NCBI GenBank assembly: GCA_965112735.1
Contig: OZ218958.1
Location: 3,472,001-3,536,000, forward strand
From: Phaeosaccion multiseriatum
Taxonomy: Eukaryota; Protista; Ochrophyta, other classes
DNA: 64,000 nt
Direction: 5' to 3'
Below are positions 1 to 13,462 of this stretch, piece by piece. Position 1 is the first letter of the stretch. Every line of letters starts with the position of its first letter. The notes under the pieces were generated by a model. It had not been told where the DNA came from. It saw only the letters and a list, made by a program, of their open reading frames with translations, and searched no databases. A program made the translations under genes and the position numbers.

Positions 1-145
1 GGCCGTGGTCTGTCTCACTCTCTGATGGAAGACCTCTCCGTAGTCATCCGTCCCAGCTCCCTGCTTCGCCGCCTTTCTTCACCAACCCCCTCTCTCACTG
101 CCCCCCCACCCTCTAAAGGTCCCAGCCAATCGGGCCCGTGTGCAG

Positions 146-783
146 ACCATGATTGAGGAGCTCAAGACGCCCCCCCAGCCGACGCCTTCCGAGCCTACGC
201 CGCCCGAGCCTACGCCTCCCGAGCCTGTGTCTCCCCAGCCCGAGCCAGAACAGGTCAAGAAGGTTCCGTCGTCGGCGCCTCCCACGGCCCCAGCCCCGGC
301 CGCGCGGCGTGTAATCACGAGCACACCGACCATCACCCAGCGGCGGCAGCCCTTCGAGTCCTTCGCTTGGGATGAGGGCAGCTACGACAGCCCCTGGGTC
401 ACTGTGTATGCAGGTCTACAGGGGGTGGGGCAGGTCAAGGAAGGGGTGACGTGCTCCTTCAGCAAGAGGGGGTTCGACCTTGAGGTGAAGGGCCACTCGA
501 AGGGAGACTTTCGCCTCTACAAGGACACGCTCACCAAAGAGATTCTTCCCACGGAGAGCAAGTTCGTCGTCAAGAGAGGTGAGTGGGCTTGTTAGTTGGC
601 TGGGGAATTGGCTTGTGAGTGGCTTGGGAGTGGGCGGGTGAGTTGGCATGTCAGTGCCTTGTGCGTTGGATGTGGAGTTGCCGTGGGGTCAGGCAGCACA
701 TCGCTGAGGAGGGTCCAAGGGGTGCGGTTGGCTCGTGGGGCCTCTCGGATTAGTCACCTCTCCTCGGATTCTTCCTTCCCCTG

Positions 784-830
<47 letters not shown>

Positions 831-2200
831 CAGCTCGAGTCGGCGCCTGTTTGGCTGACCACTGCTGACCCAGAAGCCTGTTTTGGTGCTGCTGCTGTAT
901 CACTAACCCCTGCGATTCTTGCTGCTCCACCCCACAGACAAGGTCCTGTTGAAGCTCCGCAAGAAGAAGGGCGAATTCTCCTACGAAAGGTGTGTGGGCG
1001 ATCGATTAATGGATGAAGAAGAAAGGAGGGACAATCAACAGAGTACCGCTGGCTGACTGCTGACTGCTATGTCGAAGTCTAGTGTTGTGTTGGATTGGCG
1101 CAGCTCTATACACTGACCCTGCGACTGAATCTGAAACTGGGCGCCCAGGTGGGAGAACCTTACGAGCAACAAGACGCTCGCCGAGCTTGAGGAGGCGGAG
1201 AGTAAGAAAGCGAGAGACCCTCAGGCGGGCATCATGGACGTAATGAAGGAAATGTGAGTGCATAAAGGGCAAAGGGCCGTCAGGTCAACGGCTCTCTCTC
1301 CTCCTCCTTTCCTCTTCCTCTCTCTCCTCCTCACCCCTCGTCTCCTTTCCTTTCCTCTTCCTCTCTCTCCCCCTCACTCCTCACTCCTCACTCCTCTCCT
1401 TTCCTCTGTCTCTCTCCTCCTTGCCCCTCGCTCCGCTCCTTTCCTCTCTCTCTCTCCTCCTTGCCCCTCGCTCCTCTCTTTTCTCTCTCTTTCCTTTCCT
1501 CTCTCTTCCTCGCCCCTCCCCCTTTTGCTTCCCTCATGTGCTCCCCTCGCTCATTTCCTCACTCTCCTCCTCCTCCTCCTCCTCCTCCTCCTCACTCTCC
1601 TCCTGCTCTTCCTCCTCCTTCTCCTCCTCCTCTTCCTCCTCCTAATCCTCCTCCTCCTCCTACTACTGGTACTCCTCCCCCTCCCCCCCCCCTCTTCCTC
1701 CTCCTCCTCCTCCTCCTCCTCCTCCTTCTCCCCCTCCTCCTCCTCCTCCTCCTCCTCGCCCCTTGCTTCCTTCGTGTGCTGCGCTCTTGCTCAGGTACGA
1801 CAAGGGCGACGAAAACATGCGCAAGGTGATTGGAGAGAGCATGATGAAGTCAAGGAGCGGGGGAGGTAAGGATCCCCTCATGGACGAGCCCAAAATGCCG
1901 GACATGCCCGACTTTTCAGACCTCAACTTGGGGGGGGGGGAGGAAGGGGGATTCGGAGACGACTTGGGAAGACTGGATGGACTCGGGGGTGCAGGCATGG
2001 ATGATAACAACTTTGATGATGATGATGACGACTATGATGCCGACACCGACTTTCCATCCGTCGATTTGGAGGCCAAGAAAGGGGCGGAGAAGCTTGCGCA
2101 GGAGGAGGAGGAGGCGGAGACCAAGGACTTGCAAGGGGGGGGGGGTGGGATTGAGCCCCAGGGGAAGCACTCGGTAGGGGATGTGGACGACTTCGACTGA
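146..2200 (+). CDS. CACYBP: Calcyclin-binding protein / Siah-interacting protein (CS + SGS domains), 5' partial, spliced
   Basis: Exons ~146-578, 938-989, 1149-1253, 1795-2200 join at GT-AG sites. They give a CS-like domain (FAWDEGSYDSPWVTVY...KFVVKRDKVLLKLRK) and an SGS motif (DPQAGIMDVMKEMYDKGDENMRKVIGESMMKSR). The 5' boundary is uncertain. Confidence 0.85.
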
Positions 2201-3017
2201 GGACATGGGCCATGGTGCCACTCTGGGGCCGCTGGGCACCTGGAACAGGGCACCTGGAACAGGGCACATGCCACATGGCACATGGCACTGGCGCATGACA
2301 TCAGAAGGACATGAGAAGGACGGGATAAGGGGTGAGGTGACTCATGGCATCAGAAGGACGGGATAAGGGGTGAGGTGACTCGGTGGTGCCACCAATCAGT
2401 GGTGCAGTCAGGAAATCAGTAGGCCCTGACCATGCAAGGCAATCAGAAGGCGTCACCCTGTCCCCTTGAGCTGTCCCGTGAGCTGTTCTGTGAGTGAGCG
2501 CACACCACGCCCTCCTCCTCCTCCTCCCTCCTCCTTTCTCCTCCCTCCTTTAGTGGCCATATGGGAGAGCCCCGGCAAGGAAGTCATTGCTTGGGTGGGG
2601 GGCCTAGGAAGAGGCTCCAGGGGGGGCAGATGCTCCCAGGGGGGGGGGGGATGCTACCCAGAGGGAGGGGAGGGGTCGTGAGTGGACAGCATGGCAGGAG
2701 CAGAACAGCAGCAGAACAGCAGCACAACGTCGGTTACATACAGCAGAAGATACTAACGTCGGTTACATACACGCATGCACGCACGCACACACACACACGG
2801 AGAAAATGATGTTTAACTGTTAATAAAATGGTCTTCACGCCTTTTGCCAAGACCCTTCTATCCTTCCACCCCACCCAACCCCACCCCACCCAACCCCACC
2901 CCACCCCATCCACTGCCATCGCATCCACTGCCATCGCATCCCACCTAGGCATACCCCCGTCTGCCGCTCGTCGCTCACTCTCAGTTAACGCCCTACCTGC
3001 CTTGTACGTGAGCACGG

Positions 3018-3057
<40 letters not shown>

Positions 3058-3116
3058 CACCCCCCGGGCATGCATCGTGCGGCCTCTGTACCCCCATACG
3101 GTATCGGTATGATGCC

Positions 3117-3375
3117 TGAACGGTACCTCTGGACGGTGTAATTGAACGGTGCCTCTGGACGGTAATTTGAATGGTACCTCGGACGGTATAATAATAATAT
3201 TGAATGGTACCTCTGGACGGTAAATTGAACGGTACCTCTGGACGGTGTAATTGAACGGTATCTCTGGACCGTATAATTGAACGGTACCTCTGGACGGTAT
3301 AATTGAACGGTACCTCGGACGGTGTAATTGAACGGACCTCTGGACGGTATAATTGAACGGTACCTCTGGACGGTT
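3117..3375. repeat. ~26-bp minisatellite (TTGAACGGTACCTCTGGACGGTATAA), ~10 degenerate copies, intergenic
   Basis: Head-to-tail units visible directly; no unique spacers. Confidence 0.9.
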
Positions 3376-3638
3376 TATTACCCGTGCCTACACATGTGCC
3401 TTTTCCTGAGCCTGAGGCAGTAACAGTGGTCAGCCCTGATACCTTGTAGTAGTTGTACACCCCTCCAGGACGGTCCTCCGCGGTGGCCGAGGCAAACAAA
3501 TAGAGGAGAGTCTCGCTCGCACCTCCTTCCCTCCCTCCCTACAGACTACATCCCTCCCTGCAGGCTACATCCACTGCTCTGGCCTCCCTCCCCCCCTCCG
3601 CCCCCCCGTCTTCTCTTTCTCTCTCCCCCCTCCCCCCC

Positions 3639-6600
3639 TCACGGCTTCTTCTCCCCACTGCCCCCCCTGCCCCCCCTGCCCCTTGGCTGTCCGTAGGGGT
3701 AGCTGCTCCTCCCGCCCTCCCGGAGGCCTTGCTGCCACTCCTCGTCACTAAGTTTGTGACTGAAGTACTGCCCGAAGAGCCCCGCCTGTTCGTCCTCGAA
3801 GGCCTCCCTGACCTCCCCTGCAGAGGTCATCACGTGCGGTCCCTGTTGCACCACGGGTTCTCCGATGGGCTCCCCTCCCATGAAGAAGACGTCCGTTTCG
3901 GAGGAGCCAAGGTTCTGGAACCGAATCTTGCTTCCGGTCTGCTCAACAACATAACACGGACAGAGATATACACAGAGAGAGAAACAGAGGAGAGACACAC
4001 ACAGAGAGAGGGAGAGGGAGACATACAGAGAGAGAGACAGAGAGACCAAGAGAGAGGGAGACATACAGAGAGAGAGAGAGACCAAGAGAGAGGGAGACAT
4101 ACAGAGAGAGAGACAGAGAGACCAAGAGAGAGGGAGACATACAGAGAGAGAGAGAGACCAAGAGAGAGGGAGACATACAGAGAGAGAGACAGAGAGACCA
4201 AGAGAGAGGGAGACATACAGAGAGAGAGAGAGAGACCAAGAGAGAGGGAGACATACAGAGAGAGAGATAGACCAAGAGAGAGGGAGACATACAGAGAGAG
4301 AGACAGACCAAGAGAGAGAGAGAGAGACCAAGAGAGAGATAGAGAGACCGAGAGAGAGGCAACGCACGAGGGGAAGGAGGCAGAGGCGGGGGTGGGGGGA
4401 GGGAGAGGTGGTTTGGGGGGGGGGGGGGGGGGGAGGGAAAGGGTGGTTACGCATGGGGCCGTACGTGCGTACGAGCAGGCAGGCAGGCAGCAGGCAGCAG
4501 GCAGCAGGCATACGGGCAGGCAAAAAGGGAAGTTGGGCAGGCACATGGGCAAGCTAGAAGGGCAGAGGGCGGGCACATGGACAGACATATGGGCAGGCAT
4601 ATGGGCAGGCATATGGGCAGTTGAGCATACCTTTTGGAATCGGCCCGTCTCGTGCATCTTGAGCTCAGTAACTGCCCCCCCCTCTCCTCCCTCTCCTCCC
4701 TCTCCCTCCCTCCTGTCCCTGTCGGCACCTCCCACAGTCAGCGTGCCCCTCCTGTTTGTTGTCGGAGGCAAGAGGAGGAGAGGAGGAGAGGAGGAGGAGG
4801 AGGAGGAGGAGGAGGAGGAGGAGGAGGAGGAGGAGGAGGAGGAGGAGGAGGAGGAGGAGGAGGAGGAGAAGAGGAGAAGGAGGAGGAGGAGGAGGAGGAG
4901 GAGGAGGAGGAGGAGGAGGAGGAGGAGGAGGAAGAGGAGGAGGAGGAGGAGGAGGAGGAGGAGGAGGAGGAGGAGAGGAGAAGAGGAGAAGGAGGAGGAG
5001 AGGGGCAGGGGGGCAGGGGGGCACAGGGGTCGCCAGCAGACACAGAGGCGCGGCCAATATGTTAGAGGCATACATACCGTATATGCCAAGGGCTCCCCCC
5101 GAGAGGGAGAGGGAGAGGCGATGGCAGTCCCTGCCCATGCCACGGATGCGCCAATGTGCCCTTCCTCCTGCTCCTGTCTCTCTCAGTCCTGTCCTGCCCA
5201 TGTCACTCCTCCCCTCTCACTGCTACAGCCTTACGTAGCCTTACATAGCCTTACATAGCCTTACATAGCCTTACATAGCCTTACATACGGCGCCTCACCT
5301 CACGTAGGCCACGCATGTGCCGTAGGTGTCGGGCAGGGTGAAGGTCCAGTCTCCCCCCGCCTGCAGCACCACGTGGAGGATGGTCACGTCAACAGGGTAC
5401 ACGGCCTCCGAGCGCTGGCCTGGAAGAGGGGAAAGGGGGTAGATGGAGGCATACCGGCACAGGGGGAGGGGCGAAGAGAGAGAGAGACAGAGGGAGGCAG
5501 GGGGTGGGAGTGGGGAGGCAGGCAGGAGGGATGGGCAGTAAGGAGGCAGGCAGGTGGATGGCAGTGGATGGAAGTTGAGCCGATGGTGCACCACTCCTTC
5601 CCTACACACATGCACATGCTGCACACACAGGCTTTATACAATGCGAGTGAATCAAGGTCACAAAACAACATGCTCAGTCACATAGTCACTTGTGAGTGCA
5701 TCACGGCCGCACAGTCTAAAGGGCAAAAGCCCCTTTCAAGCCCCTTTCAAGCACGCCCCTCCCTCTGACGTACCTTCCACCTCTCCCGCGATGACTGTGA
5801 TGTCAGTGCGCCGCTCGGGGAGGGACACCTTGGGCATGTTGAGTCCGTCCGCGCCCCCCAACACCTGCAGGGAGGGACTCGACAGCTTCTCCGCCCGAGG
5901 GAGGTTCACCCACAGCTGGTAGATCTCTGCGGCAGTCAGACAGTCAGTCAGTCTCTCCCTCTCTCCCTCTCTCCCCTCCCCCCCTCCATCCCTCTCTCCC
6001 CCTCCTCACCATACCGCCATTGCCCTCCTTGCCCCCCCCCTTGTCACTCACCGATGTCCTTGAAGCCCCAGGGCGACACATCCCACATCTCCTCATGCAT
6101 CACTCCCCTCCCTGCCGTCATCCACTGGGCCTGCGCCACGAGTGCCATGAGTGCCATGAGCACAAGTCAAGCAGGAGGGACACATAAGACCTTAGGACAT
6201 GGGACAAAATAGTATGACAATCGTCATTCTCGACCTCGAAACTACAATCCTAAACAGAGTAGACATCGAAACTACAATCTGAAACAGAGTAGACCTCCAT
6301 TCCATTCCATTCCATTCCATTCCATTCCATTCCATAATCTCCGGCAGCACCTATGTGCCTTCTTCCTCCACAGCCGATCACAAGTGCCGACACCAAGTGC
6401 CCGCCCGTGTGGAAGCGAAGGAGGACCAACCGACCAACTCTGTTCCGCTTCTCGCCTCCCGCCCTTCCTCCCTCCCTCCCTTCCTCCCTTCCTCCCTCTC
6501 TCCCTCCCTCCCTCCCTTCCTCCCTTCCTCCCTCCCTTCCTCCCTCTCTCCCTCCCTCTCTCCCTCCCTCCCTCCCTCCCTCCCTCCCCCCCTCTCTCTC

Positions 6601-7194
6601 CCTTCCTCCCTCCCTCCCTCCCTCCCTCCCTCCCTTCCTCCCTCCCTCCCTCCCTCCCTCCCTCCCTCCCTCTCTCCCTCCCTCCCTTCCTCCCTCCCTT
6701 CCTCCCTCTCTCCCTCCCTCTCTCCCTCCCTCCCTCCCTCCCTCCCTCCCTCCCTCCCCCCCTCTCTCCCTCCCTCCCTCCCTCCCTCCCTCCCCCCTCT
6801 CTCCACCGACCTGCCCGTCTCCGTAGCTCTGCTTGACTCCCGAGCTGTCCCTGTGCACGAGGCCCCCCTTCATGCAATACGTCACGGTGGAGAAGCCTCT
6901 GACCAACACAGAGGGCGGCAGGCATATGGGCATGGGCAGTGCAGTTCGGCGTGTTGGATCTACAGTCGACGACAGCTTTGCTCTGTCGCAAATGGGCAGC
7001 ATCAAGGGCATTGATCGTCTCGCTGCTCTTGGCAGGGCCACACAGGATCACGCGGACTGTGTTCCCATCGCCGCCCCTCTCTCCCTCTCTCTCCCTCCCT
7101 CTCTCCCTCCCTCTCTTCCTCCCTCTCTCCCTCTATATCTCCCTCTCTCTCCTCTATTCCTCTCCCCCTCTCTCCCTCTCTCTTCTCGCTCGCT

Positions 7195-7226
<32 letters not shown>

Positions 7227-9386
7227 TTCCTCGCTTCCACCCTCTCTCCCTCTCTCCCTTCCCCCTCCCCTCTCTCCCTCCCCCTCTCTCCCTCTCTTTC
7301 TCCTCCCTCCCTCTCGTTCTCCCTCCCACTCTCTCCCGCTCTGTCTCCTTCCTCTCTCCCTCTCTTTCTCCTTCCTCGCTTCCTCTCCTTCTCTCCCTCC
7401 CTCCCCCCCCCCCTCTTCCTCCCTCCTCTCTCCCTCTACTTCTCCCTTCTCTCTCCCCCTACTCCTCCCTCCTTTCTCTCTCTCACCTATGTGTGTGTGC
7501 TGGGAAGGAAGAGAGAAACAACAGAAAATGGGGGGCGGGGGGGCATGGAGAGAGCCCAAGCGCAGGAGGCACCGGACCCAAGAGAACGAAGAGAAACATG
7601 TCAGTGTGGGCCCCCACTCACTCTGTCTACAATCCTCGCCATCACACTCACTCTGTCTACAATACTCGCTGTATCACTGGGCTATCGCACTCAGGAGAAG
7701 CCCCTGCACACCCCTACACACAGTTTCAGTTTCTTAGGTGACTCCGATAAGTCAATAAACATACACCCCTACACACCTGGAAAGCCCTCGGGCATGATAA
7801 TCCCTCTGAAGAGGAGACGGAAGGGGTCCATCGGCCAGAAAGAGTGTCTGCGGTGAGCGGTACACCATGAGATGAAGGGCAGGGGGGCGGGGCGGGTCAG
7901 AGCACTGCGCCACTGGTAGGGTCCTGCTGAGCAAGCCTCTCTTTTGTCACAATAGAGCCCTGCTAGAGGGGGGCAAATCTCTCTTCACAAATTGGTACCT
8001 GTGATGTACCAAGAGGAGGAAGGGGTCCATCACTTCCCCATCCCAGATTTGGGGCGACACCCTGCAAGAGTGGACGGTACAGACGAGAGACCACAAGAGA
8101 GGAGCAGGGGTCGAGCGCAGCGAACAACAGGAGCAGGAGCAGCGGATAAGGGTGGTGGGCGTGAGAGGTGTGAGGAGACGTGCCCACTCGATAAGGGTGG
8201 TGGGTGTGAGAGGTGTGAGGAGATATGCCCGCTCGGACTTCTCGCAGTGCAGGGGGTTGCCGCACGCATTCCAGTGGAAGGCCCTCCCTCTGTCCCTCCC
8301 TCCCTCTCCCTTCCACCCTCCCTCCCTCCCTCTCTCTTTCTCTCTTCCTCCCTCTGTCCCTCCCTCCCTCTCCCTTCCACCCTCCCTCCCTCCCTCTCTC
8401 TTTCTCTCTTCCTCCCTCCCTTCCTGCTTCTCCTCTCCTCTCCTCTCCTCTCCCTCTGTCCCTCCCTCTATCTCTCTCTCTCTTCCTCCCTCCCTTCCTG
8501 CTTCTCCTCTCCTCTCCTCTCCTCTCCTCTCCCTCCGTCCCTCCCTCACCTTCCACCGAACTTGTCCTCGAGAAAGGCGCTCACCCCCTTGAGGCCTACA
8601 AGGTCCAGTACAGTCAAGATGAGCCCGTTCTGAAACGGCCACACGGGAAGGCGGATCTCCTTCTTGACCTCCCCAAGCTGTCGATACTCGGACCCTAGCA
8701 CAGGCTCTAGCTCGGGCTCTTGCACAGGCTCTGGCAATGGGACATTGTGAGGCATGGGCGGGGGGGGGGGGGAGAAGTCAATGCCTCACTGAGTGAGAGA
8801 ATCAGGCTCCACCCGAGCCCCCGACAGCCCCTTTTGGCACCTGCCCCATCGACTTGCCCTGCCTTCCTCTGTGGAAGCACCTGCCCCATCGACTTGCCCT
8901 GCCTTCCTCGGTGGAAGCGCGAGACCTCTGTAGGCGCTGCGTGCCTCGCCTTGACTTACTTGGCGCTACGGCCACCTGCGGCGGAGCGTCCAGTACCGAT
9001 GCCTCACTCAGGGAGGGCTCAGGCGAGGAGGAGACTTGCAGCGGACGGGTTGCTCTCCTGCTTGCCCTCGCTCTTACTCGGCCGCACCGAAGGACGGAGG
9101 GGGGGGATGCATGTGGTGCTGCCTCGTTGCTCCACGCAGAGGGGGGAGGCGAGAAAGTTGTTGCAGGAGGAGTGGTGCTCCGGCCTTGGAACTGGACGAA
9201 CGCGTGCTGGAGGAGGGGGAAGGAAAGAGGGAGGGAGAGGGGCAGGGAGAGTTCAAGATTCCGGGGTCCAGGGGAGACGGAGATGAGAAATGTACTTACC
9301 GAGAGTGGCATCGTACTCATCAGCATACACGTACGCATTCCCAAGCCCCTTGAGAAAGTGGCATGTCGTTCCGAGCGTGGCGCCAT
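3639..9386 (-). CDS. Pirin-family cupin protein, multi-exon, probably plastid-targeted
   Basis: Spliced segments DPFLLLVHHR / HSFWPMDPF...PEGFP / AHTHR (microexon 7487-7499) / GFSTVTY...LVHRDSSG / QWMTAGRGVMHEEM / YQLWVNLP / AYVRRGTL / GGEPIGEPVVQQGPHVM match pirin N- and C-domain motifs. The N-terminus ...PLS-HAFVQ resembles an ASAFAP-type signal. The junction near the poly-G at 8760-8772 does not join cleanly, so the 5' end is uncertain. Confidence 0.85.
3990..4350. repeat. ~36-38-bp AG-rich intronic minisatellite (CCAAGAGAGAGGGAGACATACAGAGAGAGAGA...)
   Basis: Tandem copies inside a pirin intron. Confidence 0.85.
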
Positions 9387-9641
9387 CGCCTAAAGCCGGC
9401 CTAAAGCAGCCTTTGCTGCTTTGCGAAGTGAGGAAGGATTGCTATGCGTGTTGGTGCCTTCTGCTGACTCACAGAAACCGGCACCTCTCCTTCTTTCTCC
9501 CCCCTTCTTTCTCCCTCTTCCCTCTCTTTCTCCCTTCTCCCTCCTCCCTCTCACGGGACTCTGGTCCATCTGGGCCTCTCTCTCTCTCTGTCTCCCTCTC
9601 TCTATCTCCTTCGATACGTGTAGCTTCTACGTTGCCTTGAG

Positions 9642-12546
9642 ATGAATACGAGCAGCAAGATGGCGATGAGTCGCAAGAGCTGGGTCTCCGCAACTTGCCG
9701 ACACGCCGCGAGGGACAGGAGAAGAAGTAGTAGCAGCGCAGCTGGAGCGGCATCAGCAGGAGGGGGGGGGGGTCCTTGGCTGCGGGCAGGGAAGGTAGCC
9801 ACGAGTGCCTTTCTCCAGCGGGCAAGGTGTAGCAGCAACGACAGCAGGGAGGGACGACCCTTCCTCAGTGAGTACGAGATCAATGAGCACACGAGGGAGC
9901 TGGTGCGCGAGGCCGACCCGGCAGGCTATGTGTGCACGACACTCTTCAAACCAAGAGAACTCCGGTGAGGAAGGAACGTACTAGTCAGTGCGAGAGATTT
10001 CTTGAGTAAGTGAAACCTCCCCCCCCTCTCTCTCTCATGGTAGGCCGGAGCTGTTCTCCCTTCGCGCCTTCGATCTTGAGCTCAAGGCCATCAAGGAGAG
10101 CGCGAGAGGAAATGTCATGCCAGGCATGGTCAGGTTTCGCTGGTGAGTCGAGCAGAGAGGGCGGGGGGGGGTGGAAGGGAGAAGCATGGTGGACTGATGA
10201 GTGAGTGAGTAAAGAAGGGAGTAGGTAAGTGAGTGAGTGCGTGAGTCTGTGAGTGAGTAAGGTATGATGCGCTGATGAGTCGACTGGAAGAGATGCACAG
10301 TCCACACACATGGCCCGCCATGGGAGAGCTGCCTGCTCGGAGCTCGAAGGAACGTCGCTTGCCTCCTCACCCCAAGCGCCGCTGCCTTTGCCTGCCCTGT
10401 ATTACCATTCCACGTGCCCTGCCCTGCCTGTGCACAGGTGGCGTGACGTCCTTGACATAATATACGGCACGAGCACCGGCACTTGCCCCAGCCACCCCTC
10501 GGCCCTGGCGTTACAGAACACCATCGGTGAGGGAGGAAGGGGCAGTGCGTTGCCTGAGCTGTGATGACTGTGGCGGCGCTGATGCTGCTCTTCGCTCTCT
10601 CTCTCTCTCTCTCTCACACAAATCGCTCTCTCTCTCTCTGTCACTCTCCCTCTCTTCGCTCTCTCGCTCTCCCCCTGCGTGTGCTCTCTGTCTCTCTCTT
10701 TTCTATCAATCTCTCTCCTCGCTCTCTCCCTCTCTCCCCCCCTCCCTTTCTCGCTCTCCCCCTACCTCTTTGCTCTGTCTTCCCCTCGCTCTCCCCCCCT
10801 CTGTCTCCCTCTCCCTCTCCTGCAGCTCGGCACGGCATCACGCGGCGGTGAGGCGTGACCCGTGTCAGCTGTCAGTGTCAGCCTGATTGCGAGGGCCTAT
10901 TATAGTAGTGAACTAAACGGACCTTGAGGGGGGGCTATGGGCCAGTCAGACTCAGTGACTTACTATGCCTTACTGCCTTACTGTGCCTTACTGACTTACT
11001 GACTTACCCACCACAGGTGGCTCGAGCGAATCTTAGACGCCAGAGAGAGGGATTTCGAGGACACTGGATTCGCGAGCCTTGCAGAAATGGAGCGGTGAGT
11101 CAGGCGTAACGGTAGGCAGGCGTATCGGCAGGCAGACAGGCTCTCACCCCCTGGGACTGCCCCCCCCTGGACCTCAGGTTCGCTGAGCACACCATGTCAT
11201 CTCTGCTGTACATGAGTCTGGAGCTTGCGCAGATCGACGACGAAGCGGCCCTGCATGCGGCCAGCCACGTGGGCAAGGTCAGGGACGAGGGCAGGCATAT
11301 GGGCAGGCAGGCAGGAAGGGGAGGGCGTGGGAACGAATGGAAGGGCGATGTAGCTCTCTGTGTGTGACAGGAAGGGATGACGTAATGGCGTGGGTCTCTT
11401 CTCTCTCTCATCTCACATACACTTCTCGCCCCTCCCTCCCCTGTGATGGCCCCTCCAGGCGGTGGGCATTAGCAAGCTCCTTGCCTCCATCGGCTTCCAC
11501 TCAAGCACCAAGGTGAGTAGCGAGCAAGGAGGGGCAAGGAGGGGCAAGGAGGGGCAGGGCCTCAGCAGAGTACAACAGAGCCGCACAGAGCAGAGCAGAG
11601 CAGAGGAGCCAGGCATTCCTTGAAGGGGCCCCGCAGGGCAGGGCAGGGCAGGGCAGGGCAGGGGAGTCAGGCCCGAGAAGCCGCCCCATCCCTCCGCGCT
11701 TCCATGCTTCTGAAGTTTGCTCCCCTCCCGTCCCCTCCCCTCCCCTCCCCTCCCGTCCCCTCCCCTCCCCCGCGTACAGACGTCTGTCCTCCCCCGTGAT
11801 TTGAGTGCCCAGCACAAGCTCACGCGCTCTGTTGTGTGCAACGGCCCTCAAGACCCCGACCAGGTGCGTAACGGTTTGTAACGGTGTGTATACTGAGTGT
11901 GGGCTGTGGTATGTTGTGGGGGGTGTGTGTGCAACCAACGTCTCGTCCGCTCATCTCTCTCTCTCTCTCTCTGCACATGCTCATTCCCTCTCACTGCCGC
12001 GCCCTCGCTGCCCGCCCAGCCCATGCTTTCTCTGCTGCCGCTGACGATGTATCACCAACTGCTGCTGTTATATCACCAACATGCGCAGCAAACGAGCCTC
12101 TCCGATGTGGTGTATGAAGTAGCGTGTCTCGCCAACCAACACCTGGAGGACGGGCAGGTAGGGAGGCGCAAAGCCCTCAAAGACTAAGGGCCGACACAAC
12201 GCTCTGAGGGACCACGTGCACACGCACGGTTCCCACTTGTGGCCTTGGCTGTCTTTCCTCTCACGGTTTTGTCCTCTCACCCCCCCCTCCCTCTCCTTCC
12301 CCTCGCTCTCCCTCTCCTTCCCCTCCTCACTCCCCTCCTCTCCCTCTCCCCTCCCCCTCCCACCAGCGCATCGCGGCTGGGCTGAGTACGGAGGCCTTCC
12401 GCTGCCTTCTCCCCGGTGTGTACGCTGCCTTCTACCTCGAGGGCCTCCAACGCCATCACTTCGACGCCTTCAACGAAAAGCTGAGGCCAGCCGGCCTGCC
12501 CTTCCACTGGCGAGTGGGCAAGGCCTGCCTGAGTAAGGCCTTCTGA
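9642..12546 (+). CDS. NDUFAF6: NADH:ubiquinone oxidoreductase complex assembly factor 6 (squalene/phytoene-synthase fold), multi-exon
   Basis: Exons encode ELVREADPAGY, LFSLRAFDLELKAIKE...GMVRFRWWRDVL, LERILDARE, FAEHTMSSLLYMSLE...HAASHVGKAVGI and LQRHHFDAFN. Stop TGA at 12544-12546. Arg/Ser-rich N-terminus. Confidence 0.85.
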
Positions 12547-13135
12547 GCAGACAGAGCAGAGCAGAAGCAGCAGGGAGGGTGGTGGCTGGGGTCGGTGGGG
12601 TGGATGGATGGATGGATGCAGCTACCTACACCAGGCTACTTGCGGGTGTGTGTGCCGAGGGAGAGGAGAGCCAAGCAAACAGATGGAACACCACGTCGCC
12701 ATTTAAACAGATTTTATTTATTTAAAAAATATTCCAACTGAAGTAAAGTTGCTCCCATCGTAATTATAAAAACACCGCACCATTCCTCCGTGTGATGGGA
12801 TGGCCCTTCACGTGCTCATCAAGAACAAAGAATAATGGACCACTCTTGTTCCCCGCCCACCTTCCTTCTCCACAACCGGTCGTGGATCCGGGGAGGGCAA
12901 AGCGGGCAAAGCTTCACGCCCGAACCCGCCCCCCCCCTTCCCTCCTGCCCTGCTTGGAACAAGAAATGTTAATTTGTACACCGCTCTTGGTCTTCTTCTC
13001 TTTCTTCTCCCCTCCCTTATCTTCATCCTTCCCCCTGCCCGCATGACCTGCCCTGCTGCCTTCCACTCTATTACAAAGCCCCCTGCTCAGAGGCTTGTAG
13101 CACTTCCCTCGCTCCCTCCCTCCCTCCCTCCCTCC

Positions 13136-13268
13136 CTATGTGATGTGATGTCAGCAAGCCCTGTTCCAACAAGGCTATGTGATGTGATGTGATGTGATGT
13201 CAGCAAGCCCTGTTCCAACAAGGCTATGTGATGTGATGTGATGTCAGCAAGCCCTGTTCCAACAAGGC
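13136..13268. repeat. Three tandem copies of CTATGTGATGTGATGTCAGCAAGCCCTGTTCCAACAAGG with a variable GTGAT count
   Basis: Seen directly. Confidence 0.85.
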
Positions 13269-13462
13269 GCTCATCTCCCACACGCTCTCCAACACATTCA
13301 AAATTCATGCACCTCCCCTCCCTTCCTCCTTTGCCACGCCTCCCCATATGCTCGTATATACACAAACCACTTACGGCCCCTCCCTCTTATCTAAGACCGT
13401 CTATCTTCCCTCTATCTAATGCGTGCACCACTCCTCCCCCCACCCCTCTGCGTTCCGCCGAG

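Noticed and set aside
3117-3375. Possible CRISPR-like array
   Set aside because: Units are head-to-tail with no unique spacers, there are no cas genes, and the context is eukaryotic.
3729-5258. 509-aa ORF and similar long poly-E/R/P/L/S ORFs across the window
   Set aside because: They arise from stop-free satellites in introns or antisense to real exons.
8756-8790. Pirin as a pseudogene because of a frame problem
   Set aside because: The break coincides with a 13-G homopolymer prone to sequencing error, and the conserved downstream exons appear intact.
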